A stretch of 64,000 nucleotides of DNA from an uncultured Verrucomicrobiae bacterium (GCA_963769025.1 CAVYKI010000010.1:352001-416000); one strand, 5' to 3'; shown: positions 30,592 to 41,777, numbered from the stretch's first letter. Notes: generated by a model from the sequence alone, not told the origin. Program-made: numbers and translations.

Positions 30592-31203
30592 ATGAAATCC
30601 CTCCTGCTCGCCCTCACGTTCGGACTGGCGGCAACCAGCCTCATCGCCGCCGACAAAAAAACCGCAGATGAAGGCGCTCCGCCTCCCGGAAAATATTCCG
30701 AGAAATCCATCTATCAGGTGACATCCACCTGGACGACCGACACCGGAAAGGAGTTCCAGCTCGACAGCCTTCGCGGAAAGCCCGTGGTGCTCGGCCTCTT
30801 TTTCACCCACTGCGACCATTCGTGCCCGGTCCTGGTCCGCGACATCAAGTCACTCCAGACCCCGCTGACTCCCAAGGCAGCGGGAAACGCGCAGTTCGTC
30901 CTCGTGAGCATCGATTCCGAACGCGACACGCCGGCCACGCTCAAGGAGTTTCGCAAAAAGTACCTGCTCGCGGATGAACGCTGGATTCTCGCGAGGGGCG
31001 ATGAGGACGCCGTGAAGCAACTGGCGGAGAAGCTGGGATTCGCCTACGCGCCCGGCTCGAAGACGCAATTCGGCCACTCGGTGCTCGTCACCATTCTCGA
31101 CGAAAAAGGCGTGATCAAGCACCAGCAGGCGGGCCTCGGCGTGGACCGCAGCGGAGCCATTGCGACGATCGAGAAACTCGCCGGCGCGAAGAAGCCGGAG
31201 TAA
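30592..31203 (+). CDS. SCO family copper chaperone
   Basis: Signal peptide, FFTHCDHSCP (CxxxC), VSIDSERDTP, conserved His in FGHS. Confidence 0.88.
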   Translation: MKSLLLALTFGLAATSLIAADKKTADEGAPPPGKYSEKSIYQVTSTWTTDTGKEFQLDSLRGKPVVLGLFFTHCDHSCPVLVRDIKSLQTPLTPKAAGNAQFVLVSIDSERDTPATLKEFRKKYLLADERWILARGDEDAVKQLAEKLGFAYAPGSKTQFGHSVLVTILDEKGVIKHQQAGLGVDRSGAIATIEKLAGAKKPE

Positions 31204-31289
31204 GACCGACGTAACGGACGGCCCTCGCCGAACCCTGCGCGGGCGGCGCTTGCCTCGCCATTCGCGGGACGGTTTGCTGCCCGGCTCAC

Positions 31290-32522
31290 GTGTCCACGCC
31301 CGCACCCACATCGCCCCCCGCTCCGCACCCGCGAGTCTTCGCGCGATTCATGATCGCCGAGTTCGTCTCGATGGTCGGCGCGTGGATGCAGATGCAGGCG
31401 CAGCAGCTCGTGGTCGAGAGCCAGGCGACCACTTCCACCGCGCAGGCGCTCGTCAGCTTCGCCACGCTCATGGTCATCCCGCTCTTCGGCCCGTGGGCCG
31501 GGAATGCCGCGGATCGCCACGACCGTCGGCGCATTCTCATCACCGTGATTTTGATCCAGGCGCTGCTCGCCATCTTCGTCGGCTGGAAAGTGCAGACCAG
31601 CACGCTGCTGCTGTGGCACCTCGTGAGCATCGGCTTCATCATGGGCGTCACGCACGCCTTCGAGGGTCCGGCGTATTCCGCGTTGATTCCGGAGCTCGTC
31701 CCGAGGGAAAGGATCGCGCGCGCCTTCGCGCTCGACCGCTCCGTTTTCCACACCGCGCGGATCATCGGCCCCGCACTCGCGGGCCTCGCGGTCGCGCACT
31801 ACGGCCTCGCGTCGGCGTTTTACGCGAATGCCGTCAGCTTCATCTGCCCCCTCATCATCCTTTTCACCATTCCGCCGCGTCCCCGCGGGACGGAAGCGGA
31901 GGAAAAGCTCCGCCGCACGGGATTCATGGACGGCTGGCGGCACGTGCGCTCCGACGCGCCGACCTTCCGCATGGTGCTCATCTGCACGGCGAACGCCCTC
32001 TTCTGCTCGCCCTTCGTCATCGTGATGCTCACGTGGTACGGCAAGCGCACGCTCGGGCTCACGTCCGGCCAGGTCGGCTGGCTCATGGCGCTCGCCGGCG
32101 TGGGCGCGCTCACCGCATCGGTCTCGCTCATCATGCTGCCCCATTCACGGCGCGATCTCTTCGTGCGCTTCGGCGCGCTGCTCAGCGTGCTCTCGATGCT
32201 CCTCCTCGCCGTCGCGCCCGGCTTCGCGCCCGCCGCCGCCGGCATCCTCCTGCTCACCCTCGGCCTCAATTTCCTCTACGGCATCGCCAACCAGATCGTG
32301 CAGGAACGCGCGCCCGACGCGTTGAGGGGCCGCGTCTCCGCCGTCGCGGCGTTCAGCTTCGTCGCTGTCATCCCATTCTCCGGCCTCATGACCAGCGGCC
32401 TCGACCGCCTCTTCGGGATGCGCGCCACGCTCGTGATATGCGCCTGCGGCTACCTCGTCGCCTCCGCCGCCCTCCTCTTCCGAAAATCACCCGCCGACCC
32501 GAATCCCGCCGCCACAGCCTAA
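31290..32522 (+). CDS. MFS transporter
   Basis: 12 TM pattern, GNAADRHDRRR motif A, PDALRGRV. Confidence 0.88.
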   Translation: MSTPAPTSPPAPHPRVFARFMIAEFVSMVGAWMQMQAQQLVVESQATTSTAQALVSFATLMVIPLFGPWAGNAADRHDRRRILITVILIQALLAIFVGWKVQTSTLLLWHLVSIGFIMGVTHAFEGPAYSALIPELVPRERIARAFALDRSVFHTARIIGPALAGLAVAHYGLASAFYANAVSFICPLIILFTIPPRPRGTEAEEKLRRTGFMDGWRHVRSDAPTFRMVLICTANALFCSPFVIVMLTWYGKRTLGLTSGQVGWLMALAGVGALTASVSLIMLPHSRRDLFVRFGALLSVLSMLLLAVAPGFAPAAAGILLLTLGLNFLYGIANQIVQERAPDALRGRVSAVAAFSFVAVIPFSGLMTSGLDRLFGMRATLVICACGYLVASAALLFRKSPADPNPAATA

Positions 32523-32561
32523 AGTCGCACGACGCATAGCGTACGCGTTTCTGCAGGAGAA

Positions 32562-32632
32562 TTGGCCGACTAGGATTCGAACCTAGACTAGGGGAGTCAA
32601 AGTCCCCTGTGCTACCTTTACACCATCGGCCA
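32562..32632 (-). tRNA. tRNA-Gln(TTG), CCA not encoded
   Basis: Minus strand TGGCCGA acceptor stem, GGGGA-CTTTGAC-TCCCC anticodon arm, GGTTCGAATCC T-loop, TCGGCCA-A end. Confidence 0.95.
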
Positions 32633-32706
32633 GTGTGCGCGTGGGCGCGAAAAATTGAGGGCGGGAAACTACCGGGCGCGACGGATGGCGCAAATGCAAA
32701 CTGCGC

Positions 32707-33156
32707 TTACGGCGTCCGCCGCTTCAGCGTGATGCGCTTGATGCGGGCGTCGTCCTGCGGGCTCCATGTCATCACATCGGGGTCGTCCTTGAAGGCGTTG
32801 TGGATGACGCGGCGCTGGTAGCTGTTCATCGGCTCGAGCTGGTAGGGGCGGCCGCTGGTGCGCACGACGTCGGCGATCTGGCGGATGCGCTGGACGAGCG
32901 TGTCGTCCTGCATTTCGCGCCAGTGCTCGATGTCCACGACCACGCGCGGTGAGTCCTTGTCCTGCGATTGGAGCATGCGGTTCAGGAGGAACTGGATGTC
33001 CTCGAGCAGTTCGCCGCGGCGGCCGAGGAGCCGTTCGCGCTCGGGCGAATAGACCTGCAAGGTGAGCCCCTTGTCGTTGGGGAATTCCTTGATCTCGAAT
33101 GAGAAATCCAGGTGGCCGAGCATCGTGTCGAGCAACTCCTTGGGGTTCGCATTCAT
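32707..33156 (-). CDS. jag: Jag/KhpB-like KH-R3H RNA-binding protein (short form)
   Basis: LLGRRGELLEDIQFLLN (KH), LEPMNSYQRRVIHNA (R3H); downstream of yidC. Confidence 0.82.
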   Translation of the reverse strand: MNANPKELLDTMLGHLDFSFEIKEFPNDKGLTLQVYSPERERLLGRRGELLEDIQFLLNRMLQSQDKDSPRVVVDIEHWREMQDDTLVQRIRQIADVVRTSGRPYQLEPMNSYQRRVIHNAFKDDPDVMTWSPQDDARIKRITLKRRTP

Positions 33157-33185
33157 GGCTACGGTCGTTTTGGGGTCGAGAGGGT

Positions 33186-35006
33186 TTACGCGGAGGTCGG
33201 CACGAGCTGCGCGGCGGCCTGGCGCTTATTAATCTGCAACTGCACGATCGAAATCAAGTTTTGGATCGTCCAGTAGAGCGCGAGCGCGGATGCGAAGTTG
33301 TAGCACATGAAGATGAAGATCAGCGGCATGAACATGAACAGGCGCCGCTGGGCCGCATCGCCGCTCTGGGGCGAGAGCTTCATTTGCCAAAGCATCGTGA
33401 GGGCCATGAGGAGCGGGAGCGGATTGAGCGGAAAGCCCGCGATGTGCGCGATGGTGTCGGGCTGCGAGAGATCCTTCACCCACCAGAAGCCGTGATGGCG
33501 GAGTTCGACCGCCTTTCCGAGCATGTTGTAAAAGCCGATGAAGATCGGGATCTGGATGAAGATGGGCCAGCAGCCGCTGAGCGGATTCACGCCGGCCTTC
33601 TTCCACATCTTGCCCATCTCCTGCTGGAATTTCGCCGGCTCTTCCTTGTACTTCTCCTGGAGCCGCTTCATCTCCGGCTGGAGGGCGGACATCTTCTTCA
33701 TGTTCTTGTTCGCCTTGTTTTGCAGCGGCCAGAGCAGGCCCTTCACGCAGATGGTGAGCAGGATGATGGCGATTGCGTAGTTGCCGGTCCACGCGTAGAG
33801 GCCGTTCATCGAGTTCAGCAGCAGCCGGCTGAAAGGTCCGGTCGGCAGGCCGAGGAAGCTGCCGTAGTCGAGCACGTCCTTCTCCTTGTCGTTGAGCAGG
33901 CGCAGGCGGCGGTATTCACGCGGCCCGGCGTAGATGCGCAGGTGCTTCGTGGCGGAGTCGCCGGGGTTCAGCGCAAAGCCCGGCATCGCGAGCGCGCCGT
34001 CCACCTTTTGGATCGGCTGCTTGGAATTATCCAGCGTGTGCCCGGCTTGCCGCCACGTGTCGGGCGAAATGTCCGCGCGCTTCGCCCACACGGCGATGCC
34101 GAGATTCTTCAGCATGTCCTGCGCGTTCCCATCGCCGTATCCGAGGATGGTCACCATCGTGGTGAAGTACTGGTTCGTCACCGCGGCCCAGCGGATGAGA
34201 TCGCTGTTCTGCCGGAAGACCGGCCGCTCCGGGTGGCTCCATGCGAGGATGCCGCCGGCGGAAAACCAGTCCACGCTCTGGAAATTGTTCGTCCCGTCGC
34301 GCCACCAGTCGAAGCCCTGGTACTGCCGCGTCTCGGCGATGTTCACCGGCGCGGCGCTGCCCGCGTGCACGAAGAGCGGCGGCACCATCATCGCCTGCTC
34401 GCCGACATTCGTGTACGTCACGTCGAGTCCCACGACGTATTCCGCGCTCAGGCTCCTGTCGCGCGGGAGCACGAACGTCTTCTTCATCCTGATGCGCCGC
34501 GCCTCGTCGGTCCGCTCGAAGGTGACCATGCGTTCGGTGTCGTTCACGGTCATCTTCCACGGGAGCTTCTGCAGCGCCTCATTGTCCGGATCCTCCGTCA
34601 TCGCGCCGATCGGGATGGCACCGAATTCGTTGATGATCACCTGCGTGCCCGTCGTCTTGTCCTTGTAGTGTTCCTGCAGCGTCCCGCGGATGATTCCCCC
34701 GCCCTGCGTGGTGAATTCATACGACACCGTCCCCGGAACGCTCGAGACCACCTTGCGCTCCTCCGGATCCGAGGCGGGCGCCGGCACGGGCGTCGCGACT
34801 GCTGCCGGTACGGTCTGCGTGGCCGTCGCCGTCGCCGACGCGACGGAAGCCGGCGCGGGCTCGTTCAGCCTTTTCAACGCGTCCGCCCTCTTTGCCTCCT
34901 CGTAGGCCTTCCGGTTTTTCTCCGCGCGTGGGGCGTAGTAGCCGAAATGCCACCCGAGCATGAGCCCGGCGGTGATGAGGAGGGTGATAAGTGTTTTTCG
35001 GTCCAT
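33186..35006 (-). CDS. yidC: Membrane protein insertase YidC
   Basis: YAGPREY, GNYAIAIILLT, NPLSGCWPIFIQIPIF, WVKDLSQPD, LALYW. Confidence 0.95.
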   Translation of the reverse strand: MDRKTLITLLITAGLMLGWHFGYYAPRAEKNRKAYEEAKRADALKRLNEPAPASVASATATATQTVPAAVATPVPAPASDPEERKVVSSVPGTVSYEFTTQGGGIIRGTLQEHYKDKTTGTQVIINEFGAIPIGAMTEDPDNEALQKLPWKMTVNDTERMVTFERTDEARRIRMKKTFVLPRDRSLSAEYVVGLDVTYTNVGEQAMMVPPLFVHAGSAAPVNIAETRQYQGFDWWRDGTNNFQSVDWFSAGGILAWSHPERPVFRQNSDLIRWAAVTNQYFTTMVTILGYGDGNAQDMLKNLGIAVWAKRADISPDTWRQAGHTLDNSKQPIQKVDGALAMPGFALNPGDSATKHLRIYAGPREYRRLRLLNDKEKDVLDYGSFLGLPTGPFSRLLLNSMNGLYAWTGNYAIAIILLTICVKGLLWPLQNKANKNMKKMSALQPEMKRLQEKYKEEPAKFQQEMGKMWKKAGVNPLSGCWPIFIQIPIFIGFYNMLGKAVELRHHGFWWVKDLSQPDTIAHIAGFPLNPLPLLMALTMLWQMKLSPQSGDAAQRRLFMFMPLIFIFMCYNFASALALYWTIQNLISIVQLQINKRQAAAQLVPTSA

Positions 35007-35009
35007 AGG

Positions 35010-35279
35010 TCAGCTTGAAATTTTCGGCGATTCGTTCGTGGCGGTCTGCACCGGGGGGACAGGGTCAAAGCCCGGTGCGCACCACGGATTGCAGCGGCAG
35101 ATGCGCACCGCGCCGAGGCGCGCACCGCGGAAAAAACCATGCTTCTCCACCGCCTCGGCAAAATACTCCGAGCAGCTCGGCTCAAAGCGGCAGCCCGCGC
35201 CAGGCCCCGCGATCCAGTGCAGCATCGGCGACACCGTCAGCTTGTAGAGCCGCAGGAGCAGGCGGATGAATGTCTTCAT
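35010..35279 (-). CDS. yidD: Membrane protein insertion efficiency factor YidD
   Basis: CRFEPSCSEY, RICRCNPW, GFDPVP. Confidence 0.93.
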   Translation of the reverse strand: MKTFIRLLLRLYKLTVSPMLHWIAGPGAGCRFEPSCSEYFAEAVEKHGFFRGARLGAVRICRCNPWCAPGFDPVPPVQTATNESPKISS

Positions 35280-35680
35280 GGCGCGATTTCGCGCAGGATC
35301 GCGCCGCGCCGCGCCAATTGCGAACATTCCTCGGTCAGCGCCGCGAAGGTCGCCTTGGCCGCGGGCGATTTCGCCACCACGACCAGCCACAGCCCGGGGA
35401 TCAGCCGTGGCCGCATCGCACGGAAAACCTCGCGCAGCCTGCGCCGCACACGGTTGCGGACCACCGCACCGCCGACGCGTTTGCTCGTCACGATGCCCAC
35501 GCGCCCATCCGCCTCGCCGCAGCCCTTCAGCACGCCGAGCACGAGCATCTTGCCGTGCACCGGCTTGCCCTCCGTCCGCACCCGCGCAAATTCCGCCGAC
35601 TCCTTGAGCCGGGCTGCCTTCGGGAATCTCAGGCGCGGCTTCCGCCCGCCCGGTCCCCCGGTCGTGGCGTCATCGGGCAC
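35276..35680 (-). CDS. rnpA: Ribonuclease P protein component
   Basis: RLKESAEF, RVGIVTSKRVGGAVVRNRVRRRLRE; GTG start estimated. Confidence 0.92.
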   Translation of the reverse strand: MPDDATTGGPGGRKPRLRFPKAARLKESAEFARVRTEGKPVHGKMLVLGVLKGCGEADGRVGIVTSKRVGGAVVRNRVRRRLREVFRAMRPRLIPGLWLVVVAKSPAAKATFAALTEECSQLARRGAILREIAP

Positions 35681-35691
35681 TGGATGGAAAA

Positions 35692-35865
35692 TCAGGCTTC
35701 GGTGTGACGCGCGAAATGCACCTCGACGCCCTTCGGCATGAGACGCTTGCGGCCACGCTGCCGGCGACGGGCGAGAATGGCGCGGCCATTCTTCGTGGTC
35801 ATCCGTTTGCGGAAGCCGAATTGCTGTTTGCGAGTGCGCTTGGATGCCTGATAGGTGCGTTTCAT
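35692..35865 (-). CDS. rpmH: 50S ribosomal protein L34 (not in the ORF track)
   Basis: Manual translation [57 protein letters not shown]. Confidence 0.95.
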   Translation of the reverse strand: MKRTYQASKRTRKQQFGFRKRMTTKNGRAILARRRQRGRKRLMPKGVEVHFARHTEA

Positions 35866-35955
35866 GGTTGGAAAGTGTTGTCAAAAAGAGCGCGCAGCTT
35901 AGCGGGCAACCCTCCCCTGTCAACCCATCGGAGCGAATTCCCGAAAATACCGCAC

Positions 35956-36711
35956 CTACTCGACGCCGACGGTTTCCTTCGCCCCGGCGACGGCGTATTC
36001 GCGGTTGAGCTTCGCGATGACGGTCGCGGGGATTTCCGCGGGGCAGACGGCTTCGCACTCGTAGTAGTTCGAGCAGTTGCCGAAGCCTTCCTTGTCCATC
36101 TGCGCGACCATCGCGAGCACGCGGCGCTTCCGCTCGGGCTGGCCTTGCGGCAGCTCGGCGAGGTGCGTGACTTTTGCGCCGACGAAAAGCATCGCGCTGC
36201 CGTTCGGGCACGCGCCGACGCATGCGCCGCAGCCGATGCACGCGGCGGCCTCCATGGCGAGGTCGGCGTTCTGTTTCGGCACGAGGATCGTGTTGCCATC
36301 CGGCGCGCTGCCGGCGCGCGCGGTGATGAAGCCGCCGGCCTGCTGGATGCGGTCGAATGATGCGCGGTCCACGCAGAGGTCGCGGATGACCGGAAACGGC
36401 TTCGCGCGGAACGGCTCGATGTAAATCGTGTCCCCGTCCTTGAACTTCCGCATGTAGAGCTGGCAGGTCGTCGTCTCGCTCGGGCCGTGCGGGATGCCGT
36501 CGATGGTCAGCGAGCAGGTGCCGCAGATGCCTTCGCGGCAGTCGTGGTCGAATGCGATCGGCTCGTCGCCCTTGCGCGTGAGTTCGTCGTTCACGATGTC
36601 GAGCATCTCGAGGAATGAGGCCTCGGGCGGAATGCCGTTCGCGGCGATGTCCACGAGCCGGCCTTCGCTCTTGCTGTTCTTCTGGCGCCAGACTTTGAGT
36701 TTCAGGTTCAT
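35956..36711 (-). CDS. sdhB: Succinate dehydrogenase/fumarate reductase iron-sulfur subunit
   Basis: [33 protein letters not shown]. Confidence 0.93.
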   Translation of the reverse strand: MNLKLKVWRQKNSKSEGRLVDIAANGIPPEASFLEMLDIVNDELTRKGDEPIAFDHDCREGICGTCSLTIDGIPHGPSETTTCQLYMRKFKDGDTIYIEPFRAKPFPVIRDLCVDRASFDRIQQAGGFITARAGSAPDGNTILVPKQNADLAMEAAACIGCGACVGACPNGSAMLFVGAKVTHLAELPQGQPERKRRVLAMVAQMDKEGFGNCSNYYECEAVCPAEIPATVIAKLNREYAVAGAKETVGVE

Positions 36712-36730
36712 TGCGCGGTCTAGGTAAAAA

Positions 36731-38746
<2,016 letters not shown>

Positions 38747-38747
38747 A

Positions 38748-39455
38748 TTATTTGCCCCCCTTTCCGGCGATGTGGGCCTTGTCGTAAAAGCCCGCCATCA
38801 CCGCCACCGGGATGCTCACGTAGCCCGCGCAGATGACCCACGCGAAAACCTGCGCGCAAAGCCCGAGACAACACGCCAGCCGTTTCGTCCGCAGCCCGAG
38901 CGTCTGGAAAAGGCTCGCCGCGCCGTGGCTCAGGTGCATCGCGAGCAGCACCATCGCGACGATGTAGAAAATCGAGATCCCGATGTTGCTGAACCCCGCG
39001 ACAATCATCCGGTACACGTCGTGATCCTCGCCGTCCTTCCAGTTCGCGTACGCCGGGTTGACGGTGTGCGTGGTGAAATGCAGCAGGTGAAACACGATGT
39101 AGCCCAGCAGGAGGATGCCGCTCAGGGCCATGAGCCGCGTCGCGATCTTCGCCTGCACGTTCGCCTTGAACTCATACCCCTTCCCCTTCGCCGCCCGGTT
39201 TTCCTTCACAAGCAGGATGGTCGTCACGATGTGCAGCAGCACCGCCGCCAGCAGCCCGATCCGCACGATCCACAGCCCGCCGAAAGGCAGATGCCGCAGC
39301 TTCGTCCCGTATTCATTGATGACCTGCGGGCCGGCGAAGAACTGGAGGTTCCCGATGAGATGCCCGACGACGAAGAGCACCAGCACCACGCCGGTCAGGG
39401 CGACCATGAACTTTTTCCCAATCGAGGAACGAAACAACGAGCAGCAGCTATTCAC
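38748..39455 (-). CDS. sdhC: Succinate dehydrogenase cytochrome b subunit (5 TM)
   Basis: SSIGKKFMVALTG, HLIGN, heme-ligand His residues, HLSHG..S.FQTLG. Confidence 0.92.
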   Translation of the reverse strand: MNSCCSLFRSSIGKKFMVALTGVVLVLFVVGHLIGNLQFFAGPQVINEYGTKLRHLPFGGLWIVRIGLLAAVLLHIVTTILLVKENRAAKGKGYEFKANVQAKIATRLMALSGILLLGYIVFHLLHFTTHTVNPAYANWKDGEDHDVYRMIVAGFSNIGISIFYIVAMVLLAMHLSHGAASLFQTLGLRTKRLACCLGLCAQVFAWVICAGYVSIPVAVMAGFYDKAHIAGKGGK

Positions 39456-39687
39456 GTGTGGTTTTCAAAATGGAGATTCTTCCAACAACTGCTGACAGAC
39501 GCGCCGAAAACCGGAGGGGTCCGCGCTGTCATCCGCCTGCGTTGGCGGCAAGCGGCGCGGCATTGATATGCGGAAACGCCCGCCCATGGCAACTGGCACG
39601 AATGCCAAATTTTCAAAACAAGTCTCCCGTCGGATGGTAGGCGGTAGGACGGTTTAACTGTCTGACCGCCTGACGGTCCGGCCGCCA

Positions 39688-40278
39688 CTACCGCCGCAGC
39701 GCCGCGATCAGCTCGTCGAGCTTGTTGGCCACCGCCTGCACCTCCGCCTGCGTCGGCGGGTCGCTCACCGTCATGCCGAGCAAGGCCACGCCATTCGAGC
39801 CGTTCGAAGTCTGCGCCAGCACGCCATTGATGGCATTCCCCAGGTCCGCATTCGTCACCTCGCCCGGCACGCCTTGGATGCCCTGCTCGCCCGGCATCCC
39901 GCGCGGGATGCCAAAGCTGAAGTGCACACTGCTCCCGTCGAAGCTCACCGACACCGTCGCATTCTCGCCCGGATTCAGCGTCCCCACGCTGTCGATCACC
40001 GCATTGGCAAATGGCGGCCCCTGCGCGCCCTGCTCCCCGGTCGCCCCCGGCTGCCCGTCATTGCCCCGCGGGATGGCAAAGCCCAGATGCAGCACCGTCC
40101 CGGCGACGGACACCGACACCGTCGCATTTTCCCCCGGCCCGACCGTGCCCACCTCGTCCACCACCGCCGAGGTGATGGCCGGCAGCGCGTCGATGAGCTC
40201 CTTCAGCCCGTTGAACTGATCGCGGACGACTTGGGATTGCAGCGGGGAACCGGCGGCGGGAAGGGATGGGTCGAACAT
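39688..40278 (-). CDS. Collagen-like / fibre-like protein
   Basis: Two ~35-aa modules ending IPRG, each followed by Gly-X-Y runs; C-terminal heptad DPPTQAEVQAVANKLDELIAALRR; ATG 40278 preceded by an A/C-rich leader. Confidence 0.72.
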   Translation of the reverse strand: MFDPSLPAAGSPLQSQVVRDQFNGLKELIDALPAITSAVVDEVGTVGPGENATVSVSVAGTVLHLGFAIPRGNDGQPGATGEQGAQGPPFANAVIDSVGTLNPGENATVSVSFDGSSVHFSFGIPRGMPGEQGIQGVPGEVTNADLGNAINGVLAQTSNGSNGVALLGMTVSDPPTQAEVQAVANKLDELIAALRR

Positions 40279-40353
40279 GGGATGGTGTGGGGTCGGGATT
40301 GCGGAATGTGAAGAGGGAAAAGGAGGAAGTGTGGCGGGAGGGGCGGAGCCCTG

Positions 40354-40477
40354 GGACTGCGGCGGCTTGCCGCCGCTTTGGGTCGGCGAGCCTTGGCGAG
40401 CGCGGCGGGGCAACCGGAGCACCACCCCCTTCTCGGCAAGCCTCGAATCCAAAAGCGGCGGCAAGCCGCCGCAGTCC
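40354..40477. repeat. REP-like doublet with perfect 26-bp inverted arms
   Basis: GGACTGCGGCGGCTTGCCGCCGCTTT (40354-40379) and AAAGCGGCGGCAAGCCGCCGCAGTCC (40452-40477); each arm is itself a hairpin. Confidence 0.8.
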
Positions 40478-40540
40478 AGGGGCACCCATCCGAGGCCGGT
40501 GATCCGCAGCATCGAGGCTCCCGCGCCGCGCGTCCGAGGT

Positions 40541-40782
40541 GGCTCGCCGAACCCTGCGGGCACCCGCTCGCCACCCCCGAAGCTGCGAAGCGGCACCCCA
40601 CGAGCTCCCGCTCGCCACCCCGGACGGTCCCGATGACCGCCCCAAAGGCTCCGACGAACCACCCCGAAGGCTCCGACGAGCCACCCCAAGGGCTCCGATC
40701 GACCACCCCGCAGGTTCCGATCGACCACCCCGCAGGCTCCGATCGACCACCCCGCGGGCTCCGATCGACCACCCCAAGGGGT
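40541..40782. repeat. Tandem array of 11 units of 22 bp
   Basis: Units start at 40541, 40563, 40585 ... 40761 with no indels; consensus CCGATCGACCACCCCGCAGGCT. Confidence 0.88.
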
Positions 40783-40915
40783 CCCCCTTCGAGCCATTCA
40801 AGATGCTCACTGGCATTGGTTTCTGAAGGACGGAGCCTTTCACGCTCCAAAAACCCCGGTTTCCCCATCCGCCCGGTCGGGATTTCGCGTCGAAAGAAGC
40901 GGTCCGCGCCGGGAT

Positions 40916-41515
40916 TTACGGCGTCGGCGGCGTCGGCGGCTCCTCTTCCGGGTCGCCGGCCACGCCGGGGAAGCGCTGTTTCAATTCGTCATACACGGTG
41001 TCCGCGCCGGCCACGTCGCGGCGCGCGGCCTGCCGCACGGTCTGGTAAAAGGATAGATCCGCCAGCCAGATCTCGCTGCCCACCAGCAGCAGCGAGTCGT
41101 CGAGCTGTTCGCAGAGCTTCTTCACTTCGCGGAAGATGTCGGCCAGCACCACGCGCAGGGCGCGGTCCTTGGTCACCTCGGCCGGGTCCACGAAGGGCGG
41201 CACGAGGTTCGGCGCGCTGGCCATGTAGCTCGCGCACTGTTCATCGAAGAGGAGCGACGCCGCGCCCAGCTTCGGGAGCTGGATGCGCTCGTCCTTGGTC
41301 AGGTTGATGAGGAACGGCAGCAGCGCCTTGATCTCGGTGAGCTTGGTCAGGATGGCGGTCCTGTTCGCCGCCGTCACTTCGGTGGAAATGCGATTGTCAT
41401 TAGGCATGGGTGGGTGGGGTTGTGGGTTGTCGGGCGCCATGCCATCCCACGTGAGCCCCGGCGCGTCCCATGTCAGGGCGGCGTCCGGGGAATCCCATGT
41501 GAGCGGCTGTGGCAC
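40916..41515 (-). CDS. Uncharacterised all-helical protein; alternative start ATG 41407; N-terminal LTWD x3 leader
   Basis: NRISTEVT..ILTKLTEIKALLPFLINLTKDERIQLPKLG...LDDSLLLVGSE...FYQTVRQAARRDVAGADTVYDELKQRF; GC-biased codon usage like host genes. Confidence 0.78.
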   Translation of the reverse strand: MPQPLTWDSPDAALTWDAPGLTWDGMAPDNPQPHPPMPNDNRISTEVTAANRTAILTKLTEIKALLPFLINLTKDERIQLPKLGAASLLFDEQCASYMASAPNLVPPFVDPAEVTKDRALRVVLADIFREVKKLCEQLDDSLLLVGSEIWLADLSFYQTVRQAARRDVAGADTVYDELKQRFPGVAGDPEEEPPTPPTP

Positions 41516-41646
41516 GGGCGGACATTAGCCGCCCACATTTCCGCGCCTCCAAGGAACAAGTGTTCTTCGCGGGAGGCACCGCGGCTGCTGGCGGGCGGAT
41601 GTTGAGAGTTGAGCGTTGGGAGAAAGCGGCGAGACCATGGCCCTTC

Positions 41647-41777
41647 GTAGCCGCCGACGGCAGGAGGCGGGCACTTTGAAGACCGGAGAGCGGAACGACG
41701 TTCTTCGGCTGAATCTTCCTTTCCGGGTTCCGATTTCCGCTCTCAGGATCAGCCCGTCTCCTTCCGTCGTCGGCTAC
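41647..41777. repeat. Inverted REP pair (GTAG family)
   Basis: GTAGCCGCCGACGGCAGGAGGCGGG (41647-41671) ... CCCGTCTCCTTCCGTCGTCGGCTAC (41753-41777). Confidence 0.7.

Noticed and set aside
32523..32706. tRNA-Gln as an integration site
   Set aside because: No integrase nearby and no duplicated tRNA 3' end noticed in the window.
35866..35955. oriC next to rpmH
   Set aside because: Only 90 bp, no DnaA-box cluster or AT-rich unwinding element, and no dnaA.
40541..40782. CRISPR array
   Set aside because: Total period is only 22 bp, there are no unique spacers of 25-45 bp and no cas genes in the window.
40279..40868. Coding interpretation of the repeat region (ORFs 39688-40797, 40058-40843, 40203-40868)
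   Set aside because: All three minus frames are open simply because the GC-rich 22-mer lacks stops; the peptides are frame-rotated copies of each other and run through a REP doublet. The collagen-like gene more plausibly starts at ATG 40278.
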